A DNA stretch of 63,028 bases, filler included, from Craspedostauros australis (GCA_030167865.1; 14 parts of 14 records of this genome joined end to end with filler, not necessarily neighbours in it); one strand, 5' to 3'. Numbered from the whole stretch's first letter, positions 33,844 to 45,868 are shown. A program made the numbers and translations. Notes: generated from the letters alone by a model not told the origin.

Positions 33844-35271
33844 TCACACAAGTCCGCAACAACTCTTCCAGTTGTTGATCTCGGTTGTCACAGCCTTCAA
33901 CAGTTCCTTCATGGGCACGCAAACACCCACTCCGCGTACCTGGTTGAGATTGATAGCATTTGCATGTCCCTCGGCGGTCTCTGCCTCTATGTCCACTCCA
34001 AGGTACACATGCGAATGATTGATGCCTGAAAGACTCGAAAGCGTCCCGAAGAAATTTGGAATACCATATCCATGTGGGAATATCTCAATCAGCGATCCGC
34101 ATCGTGGCATCAGGAACAAGCCAGTACACTGGGCACCGTGAGGCGTGACCAAGATATCGACATTCGCAAATGCCTCTGCTTGCTGCTCGAATGACACCCC
34201 CTCGAAGAATATCACCGGTGGCTGGTACGTCAGATCGAAGTGTTCCTTCAGAAGCGTAGATACGATTGTCACATTCATAAGTCTTCGATGCCTCTGTCGA
34301 CTGAGGATCACGATACGTGGCTGTGGATCTGTCGCCAGGAGTGAGAGCTGGGCTCTCTTTGATTGCGTTGAATTTGCGTTTGTGTAGGCAGCGAGATCGT
34401 CGACAATCAGGGCCTTCGAGCAGGAGGTGGCGGGGGCTGTGTAGCCCGGAATGGAGTCTATGACTTTTTGTTTGAAGTGCTGCATATCATTCGTGTTGGC
34501 CATCCTGTAATGGTCGAGGTTCGATGTTTCGGAAACTAGTAGTTTTGATTGATCAGATGGATAGTCCCTGACGAAATCTTTGGGTCTACTGTGGATGATT
34601 GTGATGTTGTTTTGATGCAGCATGTGGGTGATCGCTCTGTTGAAGGCCGAGTTCTTCAGCATTTCGCTGAATCGGTACTCACCAACCATCATGATGTGGG
34701 TTGCATTCGGAAAGTGGTTCCACAACGACCAGCACTGGAGGATATGCTGCATGGAATGGGGAAAATGATTGGCGAATTTGTACTGCTTGAAACTGCATCC
34801 CACCGTGTCAAACTCCGTGCTTGGAGGTGCCTTGCTGGACGCCCAGACTTCTCGGAAGTCACCGTGCATTTGTGTGATGAATTCAGTTGGAGGGTAGGAT
34901 TTGGGGAAGTTGCTGACCTCAAAGAATCCTGGTAGAGATGGGTCCGTCACATCGCAAGTGCGTTTGGTTAGGTGAAGGGGTTCCACGAATATGGTCTCTT
35001 GTGTCATGAAATCTGGGAATGATGTGATGGAGCGCGAGATGGAATCCGGCTGTGTAGTTGAAGTGCGTGGATCTGGTCCTGCGAATCCAATATCAAAGAG
35101 CACCTGTTGTGCACGTGTACTCGTCGTGGAGTAGACGCGACCGCTTTGCGAGATAATGTTCAAAATCGTCAACCCCACCACTATCATGGTTGCGATGATG
35201 GCCTGCTTCATGTTTCGCTTCCTTCCGACGGTTGTGACGACCACATGCTTTGCGCGTCGCTTCCTTTCCAT
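33844..35271 (-). CDS. Glycosyltransferase family 61 (DUF563-type), type II membrane protein
   Basis: Intact intronless 475-aa ORF. Basic N-tail plus one TM. GT61 C-terminal signature RIVILSR..RRLMN...FFEGVSFEQQAEAFANVDILVTPHGAQCTGLFLMPRCGSLIEIFP. Confidence 0.88.
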   Translation of the reverse strand: MERKRRAKHVVVTTVGRKRNMKQAIIATMIVVGLTILNIISQSGRVYSTTSTRAQQVLFDIGFAGPDPRTSTTQPDSISRSITSFPDFMTQETIFVEPLHLTKRTCDVTDPSLPGFFEVSNFPKSYPPTEFITQMHGDFREVWASSKAPPSTEFDTVGCSFKQYKFANHFPHSMQHILQCWSLWNHFPNATHIMMVGEYRFSEMLKNSAFNRAITHMLHQNNITIIHSRPKDFVRDYPSDQSKLLVSETSNLDHYRMANTNDMQHFKQKVIDSIPGYTAPATSCSKALIVDDLAAYTNANSTQSKRAQLSLLATDPQPRIVILSRQRHRRLMNVTIVSTLLKEHFDLTYQPPVIFFEGVSFEQQAEAFANVDILVTPHGAQCTGLFLMPRCGSLIEIFPHGYGIPNFFGTLSSLSGINHSHVYLGVDIEAETAEGHANAINLNQVRGVGVCVPMKELLKAVTTEINNWKSCCGLV

Positions 35272-35604
35272 GGTGAGGGCGCGAACACTTTCAGCACGAA
35301 GAGACGAGACGAGCGAGGTTGGAGCAGACTTGTGAATGCACGTGGTATGGTGATGACAGTGCGACTGTACGTTGCTCTTGTGATAGTTTTGGGATGGAAG
35401 CTGCCGTCACACCAACGAGTGGTATAGTTTGTTTGCTGTTCAAGTTGCTTGTGTTGTGTTGGCTCCTGCAGTTCGCTCTGTGCAGTGTTTGATGTTCAAT
35501 CATTATTGTGGCGTGCGTTGGAACTGTCGCTGCCTCTTCTCCTGTCCCAAGGGTTTTTCGAGAGTCTGTGTGGAAATACGACTTTCCTCACTTCAGGAAT
35601 GTGG

Positions 35605-36024
35605 AAAATAGTTAGGATTCGTGCGTAGGCGTCGCGAATCGGTGGAGAATGCCTCGTGAATCTGCCGGCTTCGGGATAGCCGTGTGATGCAGTTCAAGAG
35701 AGGTGTGCTGTTTGAATAGTTATAACTTGTAACGATGAGAAGTAGAGTGCTTTGTAGCTAATCCTAGTCCGTTATTATGAGTTAGCTTATTGGTGTTAGT
35801 AGGGTGAAGAAACGATGCCACACAACTTGGCNNNNNNNNNNNNNNNNNNNNNNNNNNNNNNNNNNNNNNNNNNNNNNNNNNNNNNNNNNNNTTGCTCTCC
35901 GCACATGTAGTTACACTGCAGTGTAGGTCATGACAATCAGTGGTGACGGTCATGAAGCAGTGGCTGTGGCTGAAGCTGACACTCGGATTCCATTGCTTGA
36001 GTTGAAGCAAGTTGGATACGCATG
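35605..36024 (-). repeat. Inverted copy of the ~750-bp repeat on the 5' side of the GT61 gene
   Basis: TAGTTAGGATTCGTGCG, TGATGCAGTTC, TTATTATGAGTTAG, GTGAAGAAACGATG and CGGATTCC..TGCTTG.GTT.AAG.AAGTTGGAT match the reverse complement of 33115-33555. Confidence 0.7.
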
Positions 36025-36124
36025 NNNNNNNNNNNNNNNNNNNNNNNNNNNNNNNNNNNNNNNNNNNNTTAATTAATTAANNNNNNNNNNNNNNNNNNNN
36101 NNNNNNNNNNNNNNNNNNNNNNNN

Positions 36125-37440
36125 CTATCTTGATGGCCCTTCCAATTTCATAGGTGGAGTTGCCAAGGTAGTCACAGTCTCTCATTCATTTTACCAGAGT
36201 CCACCAGATATGAGAAGGAATCTCCTTGTCTGTCATTCCCTCCATGGTGACCTTGGTGGGTGAGTCTGACTTGAGGCAATTGACCATGTCAACCAGTTCT
36301 TGTCTCATGTTTTCAGACAAGGTATTGGCTGTGACCAAGTGATATGGTCTGACAACAGGGAGCAGCTCGCCCTGATACTCTGGATGAAGCTGTTCCACTT
36401 TGAGCTGGTCCATGGAATCAACTTGCTCACCATGCATATCAGCCCTGTCTGACAGGCTTCTGAAGTATAGCCTCAGGGCATTGGAAGTGGTAGTGTAGTT
36501 GTCAATGATCCTGGCATTTGCAGGGCCCACTGAGATTGGCTCCCCCTTGAGCTTGGAGTTGCAGATCACATCATTGATCTTTCCAGTTCTGGCTGAGTGT
36601 GCAGAGAAGTATCTGAGAGGGTAGCCTGCATGGTAGCAGAGAGCTCTGATGTTGATGCAAATCTGTTCAGTCTGGGCAATACCAAAGAGATAGCCAGGAT
36701 GTTTCCACTTCTGCAGTCTGTATGTTCTCAGATATCATCCCATGGCCACAGAGGCCTCAACACTCAGCACTGCCTCCCTTGGTGTCATATCAGTTGCTGT
36801 CCATTTCTGTGACTTGAAGTAGATGACATACTGTTTGGTGTCTTTGTTGTACATGAGCCACTTCATTGCTTTGCCGACTGCTGCCTTGCCTCTTGCTCCA
36901 GTTTCAAATAGGAAGAAGAGCAAAGCAATATCCCTGTGTTCATTGGGTGTGGGAGGTGCACCTCGTTGCAGCCTTCTGATGTCAGGGAGTGTGAGTGGCT
37001 CTGACCTCTGTACAGCCTGGGCTGGCCATATGTTGATTCTTTCTAGGTTGTGGTAGATAATGGAGAACTTTGGGGAGCTGTGAGAGAGGGCCTTGAGCCC
37101 TGCAGCTGTATTGTTGATGGTGCACCAGTCTGGGAACCTCTTGGAGATTTCATTGTATGCCCTTCTGGCATCCTTGGTCACAATGGTGTGGAGGCTGATG
37201 GTAGGGATTCTGTACAACACAGCCTATGTGATGTACAGAGCCAGGCAAGCTCCCATTTGATCTCCAGAGAGCAGTGACTCTCAGGTCTCATGTAGGTTGA
37301 AGTCCATGGTGTCTCTGTTTGGGTCTTTGTCTGGCCTGTCATTTGGTAAGTTGTCATCTTCATGAGTGCTGTGAAGGAACAAATCGTCCACTAGCTTCTC
37401 CATTCTGTTCAACTCTTGCTTCTCTTTGGGTGTGAGATAC
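36125..37440 (-). pseudogene. Tyrosine recombinase (YR) gene, N-terminal and catalytic part, with in-frame stops
   Basis: One frame with stops at 37281-83 (TGA), 37224-26 (TAG), 36735-37 (TGA) and 36186-88 (TGA). Motifs RDIALLFFLFETGAR (catalytic R), FSAHSAR (HxxR) and SNALRLY (candidate catalytic Y). Confidence 0.8.
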
Positions 37441-37643
37441 ATCTGTTGATTGTCCTTCACATTGTTGAAAAGTTGAACATCCCATCAGTGCCTGGAAACC
37501 TTTCCTCTGCTGGCACATCAGGGGCATCTACATTAGTTGAATTTGTTGGTTGTGTTGTGTTGTGATGAATGATGGCTAGAGATGCATTGGTTAGTTGCTA
37601 CTGCTATAGACAACTTGGCTGGTTTCAGGCTGGCAGGGAGGAA

Positions 37644-37914
37644 GTGGATGGCTTGTGGATGGCTTGTGGATGGCTTGTGGATGGCTTGTGGATGGCTTGT
37701 GGATGGCTTGTGGATGGCTTGTGGATGGCTTGTGGATGGCTTGTGGATGGCTTGTGGATGGCTTGTGGATGGCTTGTGGATGGCTTGTGGATGGCTTGTG
37801 GATGGCTTGTGGATGGCTTGTGGATGGCTTGTGGATGGCTTGTGGATGGCTTGTGGATGGCTTGTGGATGGCTTGTGGATGGCTTGTGGATGGCTTGTGG
37901 ATGGCTTGTGGATG
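37644..37914. repeat. Perfect 11-bp tandem repeat (GTGGATGGCTT) x~24.5 upstream of the YR gene
   Basis: Direct reading. Confidence 0.95.
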
Positions 37915-38760
37915 ACATGTGGATTGGTGGTGCTGGTGTGGCCTGTTGAAGGATGGACACCAGCTGGGTGGCCTGTTGGCAGTGGGACACAAGGTGGTCT
38001 GAAAAGTGAAATGGCGCATGCTGGTCGATTGCTGTTTTTGTTGTTTCGGTTGTTCAGGACTGGGTACCATGGGGAGTCAGTCACATTTGGGTCCGCTCAC
38101 AATTTGGGATCGATGCGTGTCACAAAAGCATTCCGACAGTGCCAGCTTTTGCAGGGCAACGAGCTCATGGAACTCATGGGATTCTACACAATGAAGCACT
38201 AGATCTACCGCGTTCCTCCCCCCTTCCCTTGCTTGCCACAGAAATCCACTTTTGGACATCATTGCAACTCATATTCATGCTCAGAAGTTCCATAGTTCCC
38301 CAACTTGCACCATTGCTCCAATCACCAGCATACATACTGTGCTCTGACAGCCCAAGCACACATCACACGAAGCACGATCAAACACTCCCAAACGCACCAA
38401 AAACGCTAAGGAAACGAAGAAAATCAACTTCATCAAGACCAAAAATCTGGCAAAAATCACCCATAACACGGCAACGAGCCCTCGTTCTCTGACCTACTGA
38501 TCAGGCATCGAGCATCAGGCGACAACATCAAGAACAAACATCAGCAAAAATCGACAAAAACACTGCAACAGCGAGCATCAACCACAAGTAAGTCGTCTCG
38601 AACAGAAACACTCTCTCAAAAACAGCACATCACAACACAGCGCATCTCACTGTATCTCACTGTATCTCACTGTTTCTCATTTTATCTCTTTGCATCTCTT
38701 TTCATCTCGTTTCATCTCAGTATTACAATATAGAGACACACTGCAGAAATTTGAAACACA

Positions 38761-39312
38761 ATGAGTCAACCCCACCTGTCCCCGCAGAAGCACTCAGAGT
38801 CGGAGGAGGCCAGTGTCATTGTCATTGTCATTGAGGGAGGAGATACCTTGGGCATGGAGGAAAACCTTGTTGGTGTCTGCGCCAAGGCTTGTTGCATCAA
38901 GCCAAAGCGCACCTACGACATGAGGGGCATCGAGTTTGGGATGCCCTTGGTGGATCGCCGCATTGCCAAGAAGGCAAGGTTGTCTCCAACAGAGAACCTT
39001 GAGGACAGCATTGATTCGGATGAGGAGAGCTACTTCAGTGCACCATTTGATGAAAAAATCATGGATGCCACCGCAAGAAGCACCGGAACAGGCACATGCC
39101 TCACCTGCAGCAGTGTGGGTTCAACCGGAACCATCTGCAAGAACTGCATTCAGCTCCAAATGCCACCGGAATACATTAGGGTTAGTGATGTATCCAAGAT
39201 GATGGACCTGGCCCCATTTGAAAATCGATGTGCCACCAGGTCCTCAATTGATCTTGATGACCCAATCGGATACTTCTCCTACGGCACAGAAATGACCAGC
39301 GAAAGCACTTGA
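38761..39312 (+). CDS. Hypothetical protein with CxxC-x9-CxxC zinc ribbon, divergent from the YR gene (possibly degenerate)
   Basis: 183-aa ORF, CLTCSSVGSTGTICKNC. Preceded by a putative 5'UTR intron 38588-38720 (GTAAGT..TCTCAG). Confidence 0.45.
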   Translation: MSQPHLSPQKHSESEEASVIVIVIEGGDTLGMEENLVGVCAKACCIKPKRTYDMRGIEFGMPLVDRRIAKKARLSPTENLEDSIDSDEESYFSAPFDEKIMDATARSTGTGTCLTCSSVGSTGTICKNCIQLQMPPEYIRVSDVSKMMDLAPFENRCATRSSIDLDDPIGYFSYGTEMTSEST

Positions 39313-40479
39313 GAAAAATACGCTGTTTTGGGAGGTGCGGCAATCACAGGATAATTCGGCGAAATCGTATCCTGGATCCCTGACCGGCCTAAACATCATT
39401 TGAGATGTCAACACGCCATGCACAACCTAATTGCAGGTGTCCATTGTCTAGGATACTGCATTGGACACATCACAATACAGATGGGATGACTTGGATTGTG
39501 AGTCAGGATTTGTTTCATAGCGTGTCCCTGTGTGGTTGGATCTGTGAGCGAAGGAAGTATCGGTTCAGCACACAAGCACACAGACTCATCAGAAAATGGA
39601 TCAGGTGGATCATGTGGTGTGCTCATACTCTTGATATACAGGGAGGAAAGCCTACAAGATAGTCAGAGTGTGTTCATCTTTGATAGACCCATTGGTCTAT
39701 CATTGGCAGGCTGGGAGGAGCGGCAATCACAGGTTAATACGACTAAACCGTACCCTCAATTCCTGACACCTGCCAAGCCTCAACCGATGGAATTGATGCA
39801 GCGCTGCATGTGACTGCGATACAAACGGATTTGATACTCTGCTGATGATGATGAGAAGATCTGCTTGTCCAAGTGTGGTATGTTGTTTTCACAACCTACG
39901 TGGCTGTTTGGGAATAGCATGCTCATGCACAAAAATGACCACTAGAATGAATACAAATGATTTGCCAGTAAATTCTGGTGTCTGTTGGCACAGTTTGTCT
40001 TCTACAGAGCAAGTACGGTCTCATGCCCATGGATGAATATCTGATCGTCTCCTTGGCGCTCTTGTTCAAGCCAACGAGCAATAATTGAGAGCTGCATGTG
40101 CATTGCCCACTTGCTTTGTTCCAACTCACTGAAGCTGAGATGCAGCAGTGGGGCAATGACAAGTTGGTTGCATTGGATGATTCGGCCAACCAACACTCTC
40201 CGTAGCGTTGACATGCCGCGCATCGCCTTTATCAGCATATATCCGTTTAGTGGTAATTCCGGTACTCCCGTAGCTCCCACTATCTATAAATTACACATTT
40301 GTCCGTTTCAGCAACTGCAACACCTGTGGCTAAACAGCAGAGAACCAGTAATTCTACCTGAGCTTCCGGGTTCGAATACCAGCATTCTGCTTTGCTTTTC
40401 CACTGACAGTGTGATTTTACAATGGAGTTGAAATTCACTTAAGGACAGACTATTTTTCTTTTAGTGTGTCCCATGTCAT

Positions 40480-41030
40480 TTCCTGAAATTCACTGTTGCG
40501 CAAACTCTTCCAACCCTGACAACTGTCACCCCTTTTTCTCTTCCCATATTTTATTCACAGACCATCACTGACTCAAAGGCATGATTGACTCGATCCAAGC
40601 TGTCCTGGGAACTAAATGCTCACTGAACCTGTGTACTGCGACCCACCCCAATTCCCTCCTCAGCTAGGACATCGGCTCTCACAACATGATGATAGCAAGG
40701 AAATCCAACCTGGTTCAACACAAGCAGAGAATCTAACTCTGAATTCCAATAAACAATCTGCTGTGTCTTCATATGCAACCTCAACAAGGTGTCAGGTGCC
40801 AGTACTTACTACTGGATGACAACTGCAGATGGAGAGATCAACAAGAGCAAGGCGCCTTGTCAGACGTCAACACTGAACCCCTGAGGATCAGTGCAGAGCC
40901 ACACCAACTGTGCAAACATCATTTCTTCATCCTATCTACATCAACTGATCAACTCATATTCCCCTTCCATCCAAATGCAATAGTACAAGAAAAGATTAGT
41001 ACAAACACCACTGCTCTACTGGTTGTTGAT
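40480..41030 (+). repeat. Further diverged copy of the ~750-bp repeat
   Basis: CACTGAACCCCTGAGGATCAGTGCAGAGCCACACCAACTGTGCAAACATCATTTCTTCATCCTA at ~40871; GCAGATGGAGAGAT; GATTAGTACAAACA. Confidence 0.7.
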
Positions 41031-41065
41031 ACAACTCCATCCCCAGGCGCTCATGCTGCGCAAGC

Positions 41066-42640
41066 TGTCAATAGTTATTAGCGTGTCCCTCATCTCCAAA
41101 TTGATCGTTGTGTCCTCGTCAGGCATCAGACATTGTCTTCCTGTGCCTGGTGTGGAGAACGATGCCCGGTGTTCCGACGAAACCGTATCGAGGACGGTTC
41201 CACTGGCCCGAATTTGGTGGTCGGAGAGCAGCGTTACCCGGCTATCGACGTTCAGGGCGGCTTCGTAGACCCGAAGGATCACTTCATTGCCTTCCTTGAT
41301 CCTGGTCTTGATGCTCGCATCTACCACCGCGAGGTTGTTCTTCCTCATCGTGCTTGCTACGGCACCGACGATGTTGTATGTCCAATGTGGATATACGTAG
41401 TCGATCTTCCAGACTCGGTCCTTGTTCCCGATGACGCAGCATTGCGCGCCGCCGTCGCATACTGCGTAAGTCTGCGGGGAAATGTCGCAAGGTTGATCAG
41501 TTGTTCGGGTACTGATTGGCGTTGCTGGGAGGCTGGCGGATGGATGGGGTTTGTTGCGTCGGATGGACGGGGTTTGTTGCGTCGGATGGACGGGGTTTGT
41601 TGCGTCGGATGGACGGGGTTTGTTGCGTCGGATGGACAGGGTTTGTTGCGTCGGATGGACGGGGTTTGTTGCGTCGGATGAATCACTCATTGTGATCATC
41701 TTCACGAGCCGATCGTTGTCATTGTCCTCGTGTCCTCTATATTCGACCAGAAACTTGGCCAGTTCTGATGCGTCGATCGAGGACAGGTCCGAGCCATTCT
41801 CGTTCTGGGAGTCGGTTCCTTCGGTGAATCCTGGGGTGCATCTGGCCAGGTTTTCATGGGTTATGCCTCCGTACTGCTTGTGCGGCGTGGCTTCCTCCCC
41901 TTTTCTGGGGGCTTCACGCTGGCAGGTGGTTGGTTGTCATCCTGCTCCTTCTTGTTTTCGACGCGGGTGAACCCGGATCCGTTCTGGCCGTTGCTGCGGC
42001 AGCCCATTGGAGTGAGCTGCAGAGCTTCATGATGACCCTTCGGACCTTTTCGGGTAGTCCGTCGAATACCTCTTGCGAGATGAAGGTAGGATCTTCCTGG
42101 AGTTTCTTTGAGATGGCATTGATGACCATCTCGGTGTTGCGTTCGCCGTGGTCTTGGCTGATCTCGGCGGTTGCCTTGAAGATTTGGCGTTTCCCGGATC
42201 TTGATCCACGCTGGTTGTTGGCAACTGCGGTGTCTCTGGCGGACTCAGAGATGAGATACATGCAGGTGGCTCCCATCGACTGCATGTCCGGGCTTCGCTC
42301 GATGCTCCGGACCATGGTGCGTACGTTGATGTCGTCGCAACCGATGAGGTGGTTGAGGAGCGTACGACGTTGTTGCGCGTCGGAGACTTGTTGGTCGGGG
42401 TTGGTTGCCAGGAAATTCACATTTGCGAATATGTCCTGGATTTCTTTCATGTAAGATCCCAGGTCCTGCCTGCTGGGGTTGAACTCGTGCACTCTCTTCA
42501 TCAGAGAGTCGACTTCCATTCCTCTGATCCAGTCGTTGTCGTAGGTGTTGAGGAGCTCATTCCAGAATAGGATACCGTCCTCGGTGAGGAGTCCGTGTGC
42601 TGGGCCACCAGCAAAGACGGAATATAGTCCCAAGTTAGAG
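41066..42640 (-). mobile_element. Ty1/Copia (diatom CoDi-like) gag-protease fragment, frameshifted and truncated
   Basis: Gag-like DGILFWNELLNTYD. Protease motif AVCDGGAQCCVIG followed by TLLSDHQIRASGTVLD. Gag and PR lie in different frames. Confidence 0.7.
41539..41681. repeat. 23-bp tandem repeat (GGATGGACGGGGTTTGTTGCGTC) x~6 inside the Copia fragment
   Basis: Direct reading. Confidence 0.9.
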
Positions 42641-43684
42641 TTGATGGCCTCCCACAGACAATGGTGGGACTCCCTAATGATTTCAATCAAAGAGGTCCAA
42701 TTTGTCACCTTTGTTACCTTCTGTGCAGTCTTTTGTTTTGCACGGGCGAAGACTGACCATCACCCTCACAATTGCACTAGCGTGAGAATCAAACCAAGAC
42801 TGCCCATTGTGATCTTCAACTTCCATGCAGGAAGGTCAAGATACATTTCCTGGATCTATGCAATGTGCTGCTGTCAAGCCATAATAGCTGATGCATGCCA
42901 CAGGATTCCAACATTGGCCTATGCTAACATCACATTCATTCAAGACCAAATGTATGCCTGCAACATCAAACAGAGATCTCCCAAGACCTCTAGTCTTGGC
43001 ATGAGTGGACAGGCATGGAAAGTCATACTTGTGGGGCAATGCATTGCACGAAATAATGTGTCAAAACAGGCACGATCGATCATCTGAACATCCTGGGAGG
43101 TGCGGTAATCCATCGGTTTTGAAAGACTCCTTTTTGTATTTACTGATCTTAATGTAGAATTCACGTGACTCCCAACGGGCAACATCTGGTACTATTTTGA
43201 CTCCCGCATCCAAACAACCAACGCGCACACACACCTGTTGCCCCCCAAGCTTGGCATCAACAAGCCAATGCAACACATTCATGGCACGTAACTGCAAATA
43301 CACTGCAGAGAGAGTTGAGGATACTGAATCACTGTTACTCTAAATTGTCCACTGCACTGTTTCATTTCACATTCTCTTGGCTCACATTCATTTTCTTCAA
43401 TTGGCTGCATGTGTATTCTCCTCCTGACTGTCACCACCAATCCCATTGTAGCCTGGGAATTGGTGGATGAAGTGGTTGAGGGAGAGCTGCCCATCACCCA
43501 CTGCTATCTCCGCTGCTGCTTCTTCTGCTGCTTCCTCTGCTTGTTGTTCTGCTGCCATTGCCAATGGAGCTGCGCCTGCCAAGAAGCCTTCTGCCCGGTT
43601 TTCAGCAGCCAGCAGAGCTCTTGCTTCTGCTCTTGCAATCATCACAATGGATGCAAGATAACCTGGTGGGAGTCATGGTGGCAA

Positions 43685-43840
43685 TGGTGGTGCTGGTGGT
43701 GGTGCTGGTGGTGGTGCTGGTGGTGGTGCTGCTGCTGCTGGTGCTGTTGCTGCTGGTGCTGCTGCTGGTGCTGCTGCTGCTGGTGCTGCTGCTGCTGGTG
43801 GTGCTGCTGGTGCTGCTGGTGGTGGTGCTGCTGGTGGTGG
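43685..43840. repeat. (TGG/TGC)n trinucleotide tract; encodes a Pro/Ala-rich segment of a degenerate minus-strand ORF
   Basis: Direct reading. The minus frame continues ...PPAPPLPP*LPPGYLASIVMIARAEARALLAAE. Confidence 0.8.
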
Positions 43841-43940
43841 NNNNNNNNNNNNNNNNNNNNNNNNNNNNNNNNNNNNNNNNNNNNTTAATTAATTAANNNN
43901 NNNNNNNNNNNNNNNNNNNNNNNNNNNNNNNNNNNNNNNN

Positions 43941-45641
43941 TGCTACCATGCAGGCTACCCTCTCAGATACTTCTCTGCACACTCAGCCAGAACTGGAAAG
44001 ATCAATGATGTGATCTGCAACTCCAAGCTCAAGGGGGAGCCAATCTCAGTGGGCCCTGCAAATGCCAGGATCATTGACAACTACACTACCACTTCCAATG
44101 CCCTGAGGCTATACTTCAGAAGCCTGTCAGACAGGGCTGATATGCATGGTGAGCAAGTTGATTCCATGGACCAGCTCAAAGTGGAACAGCTTCATCCAGA
44201 GTATCAGGGCGAGCTGCTCCCTGTTGTCAGACCATATCACTTGGTCACAGCCAATACCTTGTCTGAAAACATGAGACAAGAACTGGTTGACATGGTCAAT
44301 TGCCTCAAGTCAGACTCACCCACCAAGGTCACCATGGAGGGAATGACAGACAAGGAGATTCCTTCTCATATCTGGTGGACTCTGGTAAAATGAATGAGAG
44401 ACTGTGACTACCTTGGCAACTCCACCTATGAAATTGGAAGGGCCATCAAGATAGACATGGCCACAGATCATTTCAGAAGTGTTGGCAGGTGCTTGAGGTT
44501 CATGATGGCAACTGGTGAGCTCACCATCAACAAGCTCATCAAGTTGCCAGAAGATGCCATTCTTGAGGTCAGTGAACATGTGCTGATGTACTTCAGATTG
44601 CCCAGGCTCAACAAGGGAGACAAGAGACAGCTCATGGAGAGACCCAAGACCAAGTTTGATGCCTTGGAGTCAACCAACATCAAGCTTTACAACAAAGGAC
44701 TCAAGAACAGGCTCCAAATTCGTACAGAGGGTATTGTCATGGTGGCATCCACACAGTACAATGCAACCAAGCTGACTGACAACCAGGTGGCCATGATAGA
44801 GCAAGCAAAGCAGAGTGGCCAGAATGTGGATGAGATGGCTTTCCATGAAGCAGGACCAGATGCCAAGGTGACAGATCAAGTCACTGCCTCAGTCTACGAA
44901 TGATCTGGTGAAGAAGAGGAGGAGGAGGTTGCCAAAGCCACAGCAGCAATATATGAACCTTCTGATGAGGAAGATGAAGAGCCAGTTTGGGTCATGGGAG
45001 GAGGCCCCCAGTATGAGCCTTCTGATGAGGAAAATGAAGAGACACATCCTGCTGTTCCAAGGAGACCACCACAGAAGCCTGCATCTCCACAGCATGATGA
45101 CATGGAGTCCTCCTCCTCTGAAGGAGATGAGTGCAGGGACAAAGGCTGGATGGATCCTGTGAATTCCACTGCTCTCTCTGGTGAGTCATGGGTTCCTTCC
45201 TCATCTGAGGTGGAGAGTGATGACAACAACTCTTCCCATTTTGCTTCATGCCTCCCCAAGATGATCCACATTCATGACACTGACAGTGAAGATGGTGCTG
45301 GAAAACCATCTGTCATCATCTCACCCTCCGCATCTCCTTTGAAGAGGCCACACAGGGCAACCAGGGATGCACCTCATGCCCAACACATTGCAACCATGTC
45401 AGTTGCTGCAACAATGAATGAGAACATGCAACAGACCATACGGAAGCAGCGCAGAAAAATAGAGAAGCTTGAGCAGAAGTGCACTAGCCTTGAAATAGCC
45501 AACACAGTGATGCAGGAGCACATGAAAGGATACACTTCTCTTCTCCAACAGATCTGGGTTCTCAAGATGTAAAAAGAGAAGTTGGAGAAAACCATTGCAG
45601 CGTTCCAAGGTGATGAAAGCAATGAAACCAGTGGCAGCTAG
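43941..45641 (+). pseudogene. YR gene, catalytic end plus long C-terminal extension (acidic region and coiled coil)
   Basis: 43941-44454 is the reverse complement of 36125-36638. The single frame continues through TGA 44391-93, TGA 44901-03 and TAA 45570-72 to TAG 45639-41. Confidence 0.75.
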
Positions 45642-45868
45642 TTGCATTACCAACTAGCAGTACTTACCATCAATGTCTATCTGCATTCCACAATGTTTCC
45701 TTGTCTTAGCACCATCAGGTGATAGTGCTAGTGCACCTTGTTTTCATAGAGCATGTGCATGGGCTGNNNNNNNNNNNNNNNNNNNNNNNNNNNNNNNNNN
45801 NNNNNNNNNNTTAATTAATTAANNNNNNNNNNNNNNNNNNNNNNNNNNNNNNNNNNNNNNNNNNNNCC

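Noticed and set aside
37533..38202. ORFs of repeated PQAIHKPSTSH / WMACGWLVDGL
   Set aside because: Products of the stop-free 11-bp array; no independent coding evidence.
43061..43303. GLPHL resembling a Helitron Rep motif
   Set aside because: The preceding E-x-Q-x-R-G and the second His are absent, and there are no other Rep or helicase motifs.
43409..43896. Cys/Trp-rich and Val/Leu-rich ORFs
   Set aside because: Translations of a trinucleotide tract.
36125..44454. Large inverted repeat (36125-36638 vs 43941-44454) as TIRs of an 8-kb element
   Set aside because: Both copies abut gaps, appear identical and are mid-ORF. Best explained as overlapping, mis-oriented contigs.
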